DNA of 64,000 nt, from assembly GCA_965116495.1 (NCBI GenBank), contig OZ220696.1, forward strand, positions 2,496,001 to 2,560,000, written 5' to 3'. Under the pieces are notes generated by a model. The model had not been told where the DNA came from and did not search any database. It was given only the letters and a program-made list of their open reading frames with translations. Below are positions 29,554 through 39,374 of this stretch, piece after piece. Position 1 is the first letter of the stretch. The number at the start of each line of letters is the position of its first letter. A program made the translations under genes and the position numbers. The stretch is from Gammaproteobacteria bacterium. Its GTDB lineage: Bacteria; Pseudomonadota; Gammaproteobacteria; Eutrophobiales; Eutrophobiaceae.

Positions 29554-29562
29554 GAATTATAC

Positions 29563-29585
29563 GGGACGGAATTCAATTCCGTCCC
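29563..29585. repeat. GGGAC...GTCCC palindrome (11-bp arms)
   Basis: gggacggaatt-c-aattccgtccc. Confidence 0.85.
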
Positions 29586-29605
29586 CTGTGAATATTCTCT
29601 TTACG

Positions 29606-29633
29606 TGTGCAATGTGCGACCTGACCCCATTAA
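29606..29633 (-). repeat. 28-bp repeat, right copy (inverted relative to 2547-2574)
   Basis: tgtgcaatgtgcgacctgaccccattaa. Confidence 0.92.
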
Positions 29634-29653
29634 CGCATTAAGCACGGAGAAGC

Positions 29654-30682
29654 CTGATTTATTCTGAGAATACATCCAGCTACGGCAATACCGTTGTCAG
29701 TATTTTCCAGGCGATAGAATCCTACGGTGTGGATGGCCATGCAGTATTGAGTGAGGTCGGCCTGGATTTACACCAGGTGAGCCAGCCACTTTACCGCGTA
29801 CCCGGCAATGCCATGGCCAGGCTGGTTATAGCCGCAGAATCCGTCACCGGTGACCCCTGTTTCTGTTTCAGGGTAGCCGGTTTCATCCACCCCACTACCT
29901 ACGGCGCGCTGGGATTTGCCCTGTATTCAAGTAACAATATCCGTGCATTTTGCGAACGCCTGTCCCGGTTTCATTCATTCATCACCACCAACCACGTTTG
30001 CCTCTTCGATGAAGCAGACAAGGAGCCGAAGCTGCTGATAAAACCGGCTGATACGACGATTGAGCAGCACGTTTATCGTTCCCTGGTGTCCGGCTATATG
30101 GCAGCGATGGTGCGGTTTTTACGCGAGATGAGCAGCCCGGACTTCTGCCCCGTCAGGATTGATATTGCCTGCCAGGCTCCTGTCGGCTGCGAGGCGATCT
30201 ACCGGGAGTATTTCAAGTCGAACGTGGTATTTTCAGCCGTTGACTATGCCCTGGTTTTCGATTTGAATGAAATTAACAAGCCGTTCCCCGCGGCAAATGC
30301 GGAATTGGCGCGGCAAAATGACCAGATCATGATGAAGATGCTGGCGGATACGGTAAAGGGAGACCTGATTATGCAAGTCAGGTCAAAGCTGGTGGAACTA
30401 TTGCCTTCGGGAGAGTGCAGCAAGGAAGATATTGCCAGGGAACTGTACATGAGTGTGCGTACATTACATAACAAGCTGGAACGAATGAATTCCAGTTACC
30501 AGCACGTGCTGGACGACACCCGGCGTGAACTGGCCGAGCAATATATGCAGCAACAGCAACGTTCAATCAGCGAGGTGGCTTATTTGCTGGGATTTTCCGA
30601 TTGCAGCAATTTCTCCCGGGCCTTCAAACGCTGGACCGGGGAGTCGCCAAGCCAGTTCCGTTCCGGAAATATAATCAACTGA
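29654..30682 (+). CDS. AraC-family transcriptional regulator (OruR/ArgR-like N-terminal domain)
   Basis: C-terminal DIARELYMSVRTLHNKL...ISEVAYLLGFSDCSNFSRAFKRWTGESPSQFR. The frame is open 25 codons upstream of GTG 29729, back to a CTG with a GGAGA RBS. Confidence 0.88.
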   Translation: MIYSENTSSYGNTVVSIFQAIESYGVDGHAVLSEVGLDLHQVSQPLYRVPGNAMARLVIAAESVTGDPCFCFRVAGFIHPTTYGALGFALYSSNNIRAFCERLSRFHSFITTNHVCLFDEADKEPKLLIKPADTTIEQHVYRSLVSGYMAAMVRFLREMSSPDFCPVRIDIACQAPVGCEAIYREYFKSNVVFSAVDYALVFDLNEINKPFPAANAELARQNDQIMMKMLADTVKGDLIMQVRSKLVELLPSGECSKEDIARELYMSVRTLHNKLERMNSSYQHVLDDTRRELAEQYMQQQQRSISEVAYLLGFSDCSNFSRAFKRWTGESPSQFRSGNIIN

Positions 30683-30703
30683 ACCGCCCCAGGGAGCACC
30701 CAC

Positions 30704-32068
30704 ATGTTTATTCCAGAATTATCTCCCCGCCTGCTCAGGATGGCCGGTATTGTCCTGTTATTTTCCTGCCAGTATCTATCCGCCGCTGAAACACCGGCCC
30801 GGGTTTACATCAAGAGCGTCGATATCTTTGACGGCCGCAATGAAACGTTGAAAAAAAACCACAATGTGCTGGTGGAAGGAAACGTGATCAAATCAATTTC
30901 GGCCGGTGATGCCGGCGCACCGGATTCCGGCACGGCCGTTATCGACGGGGGCGGCAGGGTCATGTTACCGGGGCTGATCGATACCCATGGTCATCTTTCT
31001 ATCGTGGAAACCATGGATAAAATGAAGGACTGGAGCTGGGAGCGGATCGGCGTGTTGATGGGCAAACGGGCGGAAACGACATTGATGTGGGGCTTCACCA
31101 CCGTGCGCGACCTGGGCGGCCCGGTCATGGGCTTGAAGCAGAACATAGATGACGGCCTGGTGCCCGGCCCGCGCATATTTCCATCACTGGCATTCATTAC
31201 CCAGACCGGCGGTCATGGTGATTTTCGCGCCTGGACCGATCCCCATCCGCGCTGGTTTGATGAAACGGCGAACTGGGAAAGACTTGGATATTACCGTCTC
31301 GCAGATGGTGTTCCGGACGTACTTGCCTCGGTGCGGGAAAACCTGTCCAGGGGGGCAACCCAGATCAAGATTATGGGCAGCGGCGGTGTGGGCTCCGAAT
31401 ACGACCCCATAGACTCCGTACAGTACACCCTGGAAGAGCAGCAGGCAGCCGTGCGGGCGGCCGCGGACTGGGGTACGTACGTGGGCGCGCACCTGCACAA
31501 TGGTCCCGCGATCAAGCGGGCGCTGCAGGCAGGTTTGAAGAGCATCGATCACGGGTTCGGGATCGATGAGGAAGGCATGAAGATGCTGGTGTCGCAGGGC
31601 GCGTTCCTGAACACGCATTTTGCCTGGAACCACCTGGTGCTGGAAGCGGATTTCCTCAACGAGTTTCAACTGGCCAAGGCGCGCGAAGTGGTTTCCTGGT
31701 CGGACAACATGGTCAGGCTGGCAAAGGAATACAATCCCAAAATAACCTATTGTGTCGATGCTTTCGGACCCGATGAACTGTTTAACGCCCTGTACGCCAC
31801 GGAATTCAGGGCCCGGTCAGAACATTTCAGCCCGTTGGAGATCCTCAGGCAGGCAACCTCGGGTGCGGCTGAATTACTGGAGCAAAGCGGCAAGCGCAAT
31901 CCTTATCGTGACGGCAAGTTGGGCGTAATTGAAGAGGGCGCCTATGCAGACCTGTTGCTGGTGGATGGCGACCCGCTAGCGGATATCACGCTGTTATCCG
32001 AACCGGAAAAAAATCTCCGCCTGATCATCAAGGACGGTATTGTCCATAAAAACACCCTCATCAATTAA
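30704..32068 (+). CDS. Exported metal-dependent amidohydrolase (Xaa-Pro dipeptidase-like subgroup)
   Basis: Signal peptide; MLPGLIDTHGH, GFTTVRDLGG, QIKIMGSGG, SIDHG and GVIEEGAYADLLLVDGDP motifs. Confidence 0.85.
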   Translation: MFIPELSPRLLRMAGIVLLFSCQYLSAAETPARVYIKSVDIFDGRNETLKKNHNVLVEGNVIKSISAGDAGAPDSGTAVIDGGGRVMLPGLIDTHGHLSIVETMDKMKDWSWERIGVLMGKRAETTLMWGFTTVRDLGGPVMGLKQNIDDGLVPGPRIFPSLAFITQTGGHGDFRAWTDPHPRWFDETANWERLGYYRLADGVPDVLASVRENLSRGATQIKIMGSGGVGSEYDPIDSVQYTLEEQQAAVRAAADWGTYVGAHLHNGPAIKRALQAGLKSIDHGFGIDEEGMKMLVSQGAFLNTHFAWNHLVLEADFLNEFQLAKAREVVSWSDNMVRLAKEYNPKITYCVDAFGPDELFNALYATEFRARSEHFSPLEILRQATSGAAELLEQSGKRNPYRDGKLGVIEEGAYADLLLVDGDPLADITLLSEPEKNLRLIIKDGIVHKNTLIN

Positions 32069-32082
32069 ATTCCGGAATAACC

Positions 32083-33348
32083 ATGTTGCAGAACAGGTGG
32101 CCCAAGCGGTTTACCCTGGTAGGGCTGAGCTTCCTGGCCATGGTCATAGCCTATACCGACCGGGTCAATATCTCCGTCGCGGCAATCCAGATGCAGGACG
32201 AGCTGGGCTGGTCCGACGCGACCAAGGGACTGGTGTTATCGTCATTTTTTATCGGCTACTTCTTCTTCCAGGTGCTCGGCGGCTGGCTGGCAAACCGTTA
32301 CGGCGGAAAAATCGTCTTGGGCGTTGCGGTGATCCTGTGGTCCGGCTTCACCCTGTTGACGCCGCTCGCCGCCTTCACCGGTTCCCTGGTCCTGTTGCTG
32401 GGAGCGAGAGTCCTGCTGGGCGTTGGCGAGGCCTCGGTGGCGCCGGCGGTATTGAACCTGTTCAGCCGCTGGGTACCGCCCGATGAACGGGCCCGGGCAG
32501 TCGCTTTTTTGTCCAGTGGAGCAATCGTCGGCACACTGATCGCCCTGTTGGTCACCGGCTGGATTATCGTTGAGTTCGGCTGGCCCATGGCGTTTTACAG
32601 TTTTGCCGTACTGGGATTTATCTGGGCCCTGTTCTGGTTCCGGTTCGTCAGAAACGACCCCGGTGAGCACCGGGATATTTCGGAAGCGGAACTCAGGCTG
32701 CTTGCCGAAGTCCGGCAGGGTAATGCACGGGACAAGGCTATCCCCTGGCGCGTGATCTTATCCCACCGGGCGGCCTGGGCGCTGATTATTACCAATTTCT
32801 GCACCAACTGGGGGCTGTACGTCGCCCTGGCGTGGCTGCCCAGCTACTTCTACGACACCCAGGGAATTTCCATAGTCGGCTCCGGCCTGTATTCCATGGC
32901 GCCCTGGCTGTCCATGTTCTTCGCTATGAATATCGCCGGGTGGCTGGCGGACCGGGCGCTCAGCGGCGGCATGGATGCAACCCGGCTGCGCAAGATTGCC
33001 CAGACCATCGGGCTGGGCGGCTCGGCAGTGTTCCTGATTGCCGCGGGCAGCGCCGCCACGCCCCTGGTTGCGGTATTGACCATGTGCGGCGCGCTGGCCT
33101 GCCTGGGGGTGTGCTATTCGGGCTTCGCCCCGGCCGCGCTGGAAATGGCGCCGAGGCACGTTGATATATTGTGGAGCATCAGCAACACGTTCGGCACCAT
33201 CCCGGGGATCATCGGCGTGGCGGTGACCGGCTGGCTGGTGGGTGTCACCGGCACTTACCTTGCCGCGTTCGCCCTGGCCGCGGCGGTGCACATCATCGGG
33301 GCCGCGGTATGGTTGTTATTCGGTACGGCCAGGCAGGTCATTCACTGA
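32083..33348 (+). CDS. MFS transporter, anion:cation symporter (ACS/sialin-like)
   Basis: YTDRVNISVA, LSSFFIGY...QVLGGWLA.RYGGK and SNTFGTIPG motifs; about 12 hydrophobic helices. Confidence 0.88.
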   Translation: MLQNRWPKRFTLVGLSFLAMVIAYTDRVNISVAAIQMQDELGWSDATKGLVLSSFFIGYFFFQVLGGWLANRYGGKIVLGVAVILWSGFTLLTPLAAFTGSLVLLLGARVLLGVGEASVAPAVLNLFSRWVPPDERARAVAFLSSGAIVGTLIALLVTGWIIVEFGWPMAFYSFAVLGFIWALFWFRFVRNDPGEHRDISEAELRLLAEVRQGNARDKAIPWRVILSHRAAWALIITNFCTNWGLYVALAWLPSYFYDTQGISIVGSGLYSMAPWLSMFFAMNIAGWLADRALSGGMDATRLRKIAQTIGLGGSAVFLIAAGSAATPLVAVLTMCGALACLGVCYSGFAPAALEMAPRHVDILWSISNTFGTIPGIIGVAVTGWLVGVTGTYLAAFALAAAVHIIGAAVWLLFGTARQVIH

Positions 33349-33361
33349 TTTATCACGAATA

Positions 33362-35092
33362 ATGGCAATGTGGCCCATAATCAGAATTCCCGGTGTCTTC
33401 CTGTCCGCGGCATTACTTATAGCTTGTGAAGCTCCAAGGGAGATGCCGACTGAAGAGTCGACAGCCACTGCGGCAACGGCGGTTTACATTAACGGTGACA
33501 TACTCACCATGAACGATACACAACCTGTTGCCGAAGCACTGGCTGTGCGCCGGGGAAAAATACTGGCGGTTGGCAAGCGGGCGATGGTGGAAGCGGTTTC
33601 CGGCAAGGATGCCACGTTGAAGGACTTGAACGGTCGTACCCTGTTGCCCGGTTTTATTGACAGTCACGGTCACATCTCCGCGGTGATATCCTTCATGGCT
33701 TTTGAAAATATTGCATCACCACCCGTCGGACAGGTAAACTCCATCGCCGCTATACAATCACTGTTATCGGCAAAGGCGGCAGAAGTGCCGACAGGCGAGT
33801 GGATCATGGCTGCGGGCTATGACGATTCCCTACTGGCCGAGCAGAGACACCCGACAAAATTTGATCTGGACGCAGTTTCCACGCAGCATCCGATCATGGC
33901 ATGGCATGTCTCCGGCCACCTGATGGTCTGCAATACCCCGTGCCTGGAACTGGCGGGATATACCCCTGACAGGGAAGACCCGGAAGGCGGTGTCATTCGC
34001 AGGGTTGCAGGCAGTAACGAACCCAACGGCATTCTCGAAGAATCAGCCGTATACAGGATTTATTTCGATTTGTTGCCGATTCACGATGTGACCACCCGTC
34101 TTGGCCTGCTGCAGGAAGCCCAGGACTATTATGCACGTTTCGGTGTAACGACTGTGCAGGATGGCGCAGCGACCTTGACCGACCTGGAAACATTGCAGAC
34201 AGCCGCCGGCCGTGACGGGTTAGTGCTCGATGTGGTCGCCTACCCGTTTTACCGTTACGCTGAAGCTCTCGACGGGCAATTTCCCTTTTCACAAAGCTAT
34301 ACCAAACGCTTCCGTGTCGGCGGCCTCAAACTGGGTCTTGATGGTTCGCCCCAGGGCAAGACCGCCTGGTTGACGGAACCCTACCATGTGCCGCCACAGG
34401 GCAGGGACGCAGGTTATGCCGGCTATGCCATATTGAAGGACGAGGCGCTGAACGGTTATGTGTCGGACATGTATGAGAGAAACATACCTGTTATCGCCCA
34501 CGCCAATGGCGATGCCGCCATGGACCAGTTGATCCGCGCCGTCAGCAACGCCAATGAATTGCACGGCAGGGCCGACCGCCGTACCGTGATAATCCACGCA
34601 CAAACCGCCCGGGATGACCAGATCGATGCATTCAAAGCGGAGGGGATGCTGCCATCCTACTTCGCCGCACACACATATTTCTGGGGGGACTGGCACCGGG
34701 ATTCGGTACTGGGACCCGAACGGGGCAGCCGTATCAGCCCCCTGGCATCCACCCTGGCACGCGGGGTGCCCTATACCATCCATAACGATACGCCCGTAGT
34801 ACCGCCGGACATGATGCGGCTGGTCTGGTCAGCGGTGAACCGCGTGACCCGCAGTGGACAAACCCTGGGTGAAGAGCAGAAAATATCCGTGGAAGATGCG
34901 CTCAAGGCGATCACCATAAACGGCGCTTACCAGTATTTTGAGGAAGACGGCAAGGGAAGCCTGGTAGCGGGGAAACTGGCGGATCTGGTGATCCTGTCGG
35001 ACAACCCGCTTGATGTGGACCCGTTGACTATCAAGGATATTCAAGTAATTGAAACGATAAAAGAAGGCACTACGGTCTATATGAGAAATTAG
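33362..35092 (+). CDS. Amidohydrolase_3 (YtcJ/NfdA-like) putative lipoprotein
   Basis: Probable start ATG 33362/33368; lipobox-like LLIAC; LPGFIDSHGH, KLGLDGSPQGKTAWL, HANGDAA, HNDTPV and GKLADLVILS motifs. Confidence 0.85.
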   Translation: MAMWPIIRIPGVFLSAALLIACEAPREMPTEESTATAATAVYINGDILTMNDTQPVAEALAVRRGKILAVGKRAMVEAVSGKDATLKDLNGRTLLPGFIDSHGHISAVISFMAFENIASPPVGQVNSIAAIQSLLSAKAAEVPTGEWIMAAGYDDSLLAEQRHPTKFDLDAVSTQHPIMAWHVSGHLMVCNTPCLELAGYTPDREDPEGGVIRRVAGSNEPNGILEESAVYRIYFDLLPIHDVTTRLGLLQEAQDYYARFGVTTVQDGAATLTDLETLQTAAGRDGLVLDVVAYPFYRYAEALDGQFPFSQSYTKRFRVGGLKLGLDGSPQGKTAWLTEPYHVPPQGRDAGYAGYAILKDEALNGYVSDMYERNIPVIAHANGDAAMDQLIRAVSNANELHGRADRRTVIIHAQTARDDQIDAFKAEGMLPSYFAAHTYFWGDWHRDSVLGPERGSRISPLASTLARGVPYTIHNDTPVVPPDMMRLVWSAVNRVTRSGQTLGEEQKISVEDALKAITINGAYQYFEEDGKGSLVAGKLADLVILSDNPLDVDPLTIKDIQVIETIKEGTTVYMRN

Positions 35093-35199
35093 TGTTTTTG
35101 AATATGCTTGTCGGGATACATCTTTCAATGAATGGTCGGAGGGAAACGCAAGTTGATGTTACGTTGCGACGCTGATACATATTTGCTAGGCTTGCAGCT

Positions 35200-36354
35200 A
35201 TGCCTCCTAATACCTTGCAGCCTGAATTGTTTCGACCCGGCTGGGGTATGCTGCCTCCTTATTTGGCCGGACGGGACATCCAACAACATGAACTGAAACA
35301 GGCATTAGCCTGCCTGCAAACAGGGGTCTCGCCGGCGTCGGGTAAGGTTTTGATCGGTCCGCGGGGCAATGGCAAAACGGCGTTGTTGCGCTGGTTCAAG
35401 CAGGAAATTGAACGTGTAGGATCCGGCATAGACGTGGTCTGGTTAACCCCAGACAAGATTCCCGACCTGGACGCTCTGGCTACTGAATTGGCGCCGCCGG
35501 AACGTTTTCAATCGCTGTTGCCTGACACATTATCTTTGTCCCTGGGAGTCGGCAAGCTGGGCTGGGAACTGGGTGGGCGCCCAGCTTCGCTTAGCAGGTT
35601 GTTGACACAGCGTTGCCGCAAAACGCCTCTGGTAGTATTGCTTGATGAAGCGCAAAACCTCGGCACTGGTGAGGGGCAGGCGCTGCTCAATAGCGCGCAG
35701 GAGATATCTGCCGAGGCACCCTTCCTGCTGATGCTGGCAGGCACGCCCAACCTGTCTGATAAGCTGAACAGCCTGAACACTACCTTCTGGGAACGTTGTC
35801 AACCGATTGCCGGTATTGGTCGCCTGGATGCTGAGGCCTGCGCCGCAGCTTTGGAGAGGCCTTTGGCTGAATATGGCATCAGTTTCACATCGGAGGTGCT
35901 GGATGAAGTCGTAGTCGAAAGCCAGCGCTACCCTTACTTCCTGCAATTATGGGGAAAAGCAATCTGGGAGCAAGTTCGGAACTCCGTCGGACAAACCCGG
36001 AAAGGTGGAGTTGAGCGGATTGGCGCGGCCCTGTTCGCTGCCGCGAGACCCGAATTTGAGCGCAACAAAAACGGATTTTATGCCATTCGTTACCGTCAGC
36101 TTGAACAGACTGAGTTATTGCCGGTTGCGCGCGAGGTCGCGCTGACATTCAGGGAACGGCAGAGTCTGAGTGACAGCCAATTTCGGCAAGCTATTACTGG
36201 TGCCTTGCCGGAAAAACCTTCAGCGGAAATGATCAAAACCATCAGTTCCGCGTTGCAGGGACATGGCTATGTCTGGGCGCCGCCGGATGACGTGATGTTA
36301 GAACCAGGCATTCCCAGCCTGATGGATTATGTATTGGCTAAATCAGCTTTGTAG
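35200..36354 (+). CDS. Stand-alone P-loop (AAA_16/STAND-like) ATPase
   Basis: PPYLAGRD, Walker A GPRGNGKT, Walker B LLDEAQ, AGTP and YPYFLQLWG motifs. Confidence 0.85.
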   Translation: MPPNTLQPELFRPGWGMLPPYLAGRDIQQHELKQALACLQTGVSPASGKVLIGPRGNGKTALLRWFKQEIERVGSGIDVVWLTPDKIPDLDALATELAPPERFQSLLPDTLSLSLGVGKLGWELGGRPASLSRLLTQRCRKTPLVVLLDEAQNLGTGEGQALLNSAQEISAEAPFLLMLAGTPNLSDKLNSLNTTFWERCQPIAGIGRLDAEACAAALERPLAEYGISFTSEVLDEVVVESQRYPYFLQLWGKAIWEQVRNSVGQTRKGGVERIGAALFAAARPEFERNKNGFYAIRYRQLEQTELLPVAREVALTFRERQSLSDSQFRQAITGALPEKPSAEMIKTISSALQGHGYVWAPPDDVMLEPGIPSLMDYVLAKSAL

Positions 36355-36435
36355 GCGTCACTCAGTATTTTTGGTCGCGGGGATAGCGGTTGGGAGGCGC
36401 CGGTCGGCAGATATCGCCTATCGTGGTGTCTGGAA

Positions 36436-37701
36436 ATGAAAATAATCATCATCGGAGCCGGCATCCAGGGAGTCACAACCGCCTGGTGTCTCAAGAAACA
36501 TGGGGTTGAAGTCACAGTTCTCGAACGTTACGGGGGACCCGGCCTGGACTGCAGTTTCGCCAATGGCGGCGGGTTAACCGCCGGCTTCTGTGAGCCCTGG
36601 AACGCGCCGGGGATACACAAAGTGCTGTTGCAGTCCCTGGGCAGACAGGATGCGCCGATACTGTTACACCTGAAGGCCATTCCCGGCATGTTGTCCTGGG
36701 GCCTGGGGTTTCTACGGGCATCCCGTCAGGAAGCGTTTTTCGAAAATGTCAGGCGCAACTGCGCGCTGGCCGCTTATTCGATCGCGCAAATGAAGGAAAT
36801 ACGGGATGAAGCAGGTATCGAATACCGGTATTCCGATGCGGGCACTTTGCTGCTGTTTCGCAACCAGGAATCCCTGGAGGGGCATATCGAACATGCCGGC
36901 TTTCTGCGTGAAGAATGCGGAGCGGCAAGCAGGACGCTTGACCGTGATGAACTGGTCGCCCTGGAGGCTTCCCTGCAACCGATCCGGGACCGGCTTGCAG
37001 GGGGAATACACTTTCCCGGTGACGAGACTGGAGACTGTCATATATTTTGCAGGAAGCTCGCTGAAATATTATCGAACAGGGGCGTGAAATTTCGCTACGA
37101 CACCAGTGTCTTACGGATACTCCGGGACGGTTCATCGTTCAAGGTCGAGTTGTCCGCAGGTGACGCCCTGACCGCGGATGCGGTTGTGGTCGCCGCCGGC
37201 GCCTATAGTCCGAAACTGGTGCGTCCGCTGGGGATCCGCATCCCCGTCTATCCGGCAAAAGGCTACTCGCTGACCATCTCCATGGACGGTTGGGAAAACC
37301 GGCCGCGTCATATCATGGGCGATATGGACTTGCACGCAGGGATAAATCCGTTGGGTGATGAAGTCCTGAGGGTCGCAGGCACCGCAGAATTTACCGGCTT
37401 CGACAAATCGATTCCTGCTGCGCGTACAGGCAACCTGGTCAGGCTGGTAGAGGCTGTTTTTCCTGAATTGGCAGAGATCATGGATCGGGACTCGCTTAAC
37501 CCATGGACAGGGTTAAGGCCTATGAGCAGCGACGGTGTGCCGATTCTCGGGAATACGCCGGTACCCGGACTTTACCTGAATACGGGCCAGGGCCATCTCG
37601 GCTGGACCATGGCGGCGGCATCGGGGAGGGTGGTGGCGGATATCATCATGGGAAGGACGTCGGAAGTCGATATAGATCATTACTCGGTAAACAGGTTTTG
37701 A
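36436..37701 (+). CDS. dadA: D-amino acid dehydrogenase (DadA-like)
   Basis: GAGIQG, SFANGG, DETGDC, PVYPAKGYSLT, WTGLRPMSSDG.P.LG and NTGQGHLGWTMAAASG motifs. Confidence 0.8.
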   Translation: MKIIIIGAGIQGVTTAWCLKKHGVEVTVLERYGGPGLDCSFANGGGLTAGFCEPWNAPGIHKVLLQSLGRQDAPILLHLKAIPGMLSWGLGFLRASRQEAFFENVRRNCALAAYSIAQMKEIRDEAGIEYRYSDAGTLLLFRNQESLEGHIEHAGFLREECGAASRTLDRDELVALEASLQPIRDRLAGGIHFPGDETGDCHIFCRKLAEILSNRGVKFRYDTSVLRILRDGSSFKVELSAGDALTADAVVVAAGAYSPKLVRPLGIRIPVYPAKGYSLTISMDGWENRPRHIMGDMDLHAGINPLGDEVLRVAGTAEFTGFDKSIPAARTGNLVRLVEAVFPELAEIMDRDSLNPWTGLRPMSSDGVPILGNTPVPGLYLNTGQGHLGWTMAAASGRVVADIIMGRTSEVDIDHYSVNRF

Positions 37702-37714
37702 CGGGTCTATACAG

Positions 37715-39358
37715 GTGCCAGGTCCATTACATAAAACTCGGGCTATCCGTACAGGGGTATTTTGGACGGCGCTGAGTCTGCTATTGGTTCCGGTCACCTC
37801 CATCGCCGGCGCCGATGAATATGATGTCGTCATTCTGAACGGCAGGGTGATGGACCCGGAAACCAGTTTCGATGCGGTCCGCAACGTGGGCATACGCAGC
37901 GGAAAGATAGCTGCCATCACGCCCGCCACCATCTCGGGCGGGAGGATTATCGACGCGACAGAGCATGTCGTCACGGCGGGGTTCATCGATACGCACGTGC
38001 ACAGCCTCGATTTGTTCTCAGTCAGGCTATTGATGCGGGACGGGGTCACCACGGGAATGGACCTGGAAGTGGGTGCCTGGCCGGTGGGTCCCTGGTATGA
38101 AGGGAAAAAAGACAAATGGCCGATTAATTACGGCACTACCGTAAGTCAGGAGATAGTGCGCATGTCGGTGCACGATGCGGACGACGGCATCGACTTTTCC
38201 CGTCCCGTCGATGCCACGGTCTTGAGCAAGGCGCGTACCGCAAGCCTGAAAGACGGCGTAGAAGGCTGGTCGGCCACAATCAGCGACCGCACACAAATGA
38301 ATGAGATTAGCCGCCGGCTTGACCAGGGTCTGCGTGAGGGCGCCCTGGGTTTAGGCTCCACTATCGGCTACATGCGCAAAGGGGTGACCACTTACGAGAT
38401 GTTCGAAGCCCAGCGCGCGGCGGCGCGTTATGGCCGGCTGACTGCCGCACACCTGCGCTTTCATCCGATGAATAAAACTCCGACGGAATCACCCATGGGG
38501 TTTGCCGAAGCATTTACCAACGCGGTGACTTTGAAGGCGCCCTTGCTAATCGCCCACAACAACGACTACGGCTGGTGGGAGATTGAAGAGAAACTGGCCC
38601 TGGCCAGGGAACAAGGGCTCAATATGTGGGGCGAATACTATCCTTATACCGCAGGCGCAGGCCCCCTGGGCAGCGAGTTCCTGCGACCGGAAATGTGGGA
38701 GGATACGCTGGGTTACAAGTATGAAGAGACCTTGTTTGATCCGGTACAAAACAAGTTTTTGAGCCGGGATGAATATTTCAAGGCCGTTGCAACAGACCCG
38801 GGCCGAACGGTCATAGCCCATATTCCACCGCGCAAGCCCTGGTTGCGTAAGTGGCTGAAGGTCCCCCACATGGTTGTCGCGGGGGATACCATGTGGAGTA
38901 CGGACAAGGACGGTAATGCCCTGGGCTGGCAGGATGGTTATGATGAATACGTCGGCCATCCGCGTACGGCAGGGACACGGGGCAGGGTGCTCCGGCTCGC
39001 CCGTGAGGAAAACATCCCCCTTATGTTCAGCCTGTCGCAATTAAGTTACTGGCATGCAAAACACCTGGGCGATGCCGGTATTGAGGCCATGAAAATACGG
39101 GGACGGATGCAGGAGGGGATGGCGGCGGACATCGTCGTATTTGATCCGGACCGGGTAACGGACAACGCTGATTTCGATCTGGGCGCCAACGGCCGGCCGA
39201 CTACCGGCATCCCGTACGTCCTGGTCAACGGCCGGTTCGTCGTGGATGATTCCGAGGTGAAAAAAATCATGGCCGGCCAGGCAATCCGTTATCCTCCTGA
39301 AAACACCGGCCGGTTTGTCCCGGTAACGGAAGAACAATACCCGCTTACAAAAAACTAG
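37715..39358 (+). CDS. Exported D-aminoacylase / N-acyl-D-glutamate deacylase-like amidohydrolase
   Basis: Signal peptide; YDVVILNGRVMDPE, AGFIDTHVH, GVTTGMDLEVG, GHPRTAG and ADIVVFDP motifs. Confidence 0.8.
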   Translation: MPGPLHKTRAIRTGVFWTALSLLLVPVTSIAGADEYDVVILNGRVMDPETSFDAVRNVGIRSGKIAAITPATISGGRIIDATEHVVTAGFIDTHVHSLDLFSVRLLMRDGVTTGMDLEVGAWPVGPWYEGKKDKWPINYGTTVSQEIVRMSVHDADDGIDFSRPVDATVLSKARTASLKDGVEGWSATISDRTQMNEISRRLDQGLREGALGLGSTIGYMRKGVTTYEMFEAQRAAARYGRLTAAHLRFHPMNKTPTESPMGFAEAFTNAVTLKAPLLIAHNNDYGWWEIEEKLALAREQGLNMWGEYYPYTAGAGPLGSEFLRPEMWEDTLGYKYEETLFDPVQNKFLSRDEYFKAVATDPGRTVIAHIPPRKPWLRKWLKVPHMVVAGDTMWSTDKDGNALGWQDGYDEYVGHPRTAGTRGRVLRLAREENIPLMFSLSQLSYWHAKHLGDAGIEAMKIRGRMQEGMAADIVVFDPDRVTDNADFDLGANGRPTTGIPYVLVNGRFVVDDSEVKKIMAGQAIRYPPENTGRFVPVTEEQYPLTKN

Positions 39359-39374
39359 AACAGGAGTTATAGTC

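Noticed and set aside
2547-29633. Autonomous transposon or IS with a TTAA target duplication
   Set aside because: No transposase is present, TTAA is palindromic and cannot be separated from the IR, and the third copy at 53531 lacks TTAA. Kept only as a hypothesis in findings.
28490-29640. Integron cassette array
   Set aside because: No RYYYAAC...GTTRRRY attC structures were recognised and there is no intI gene.
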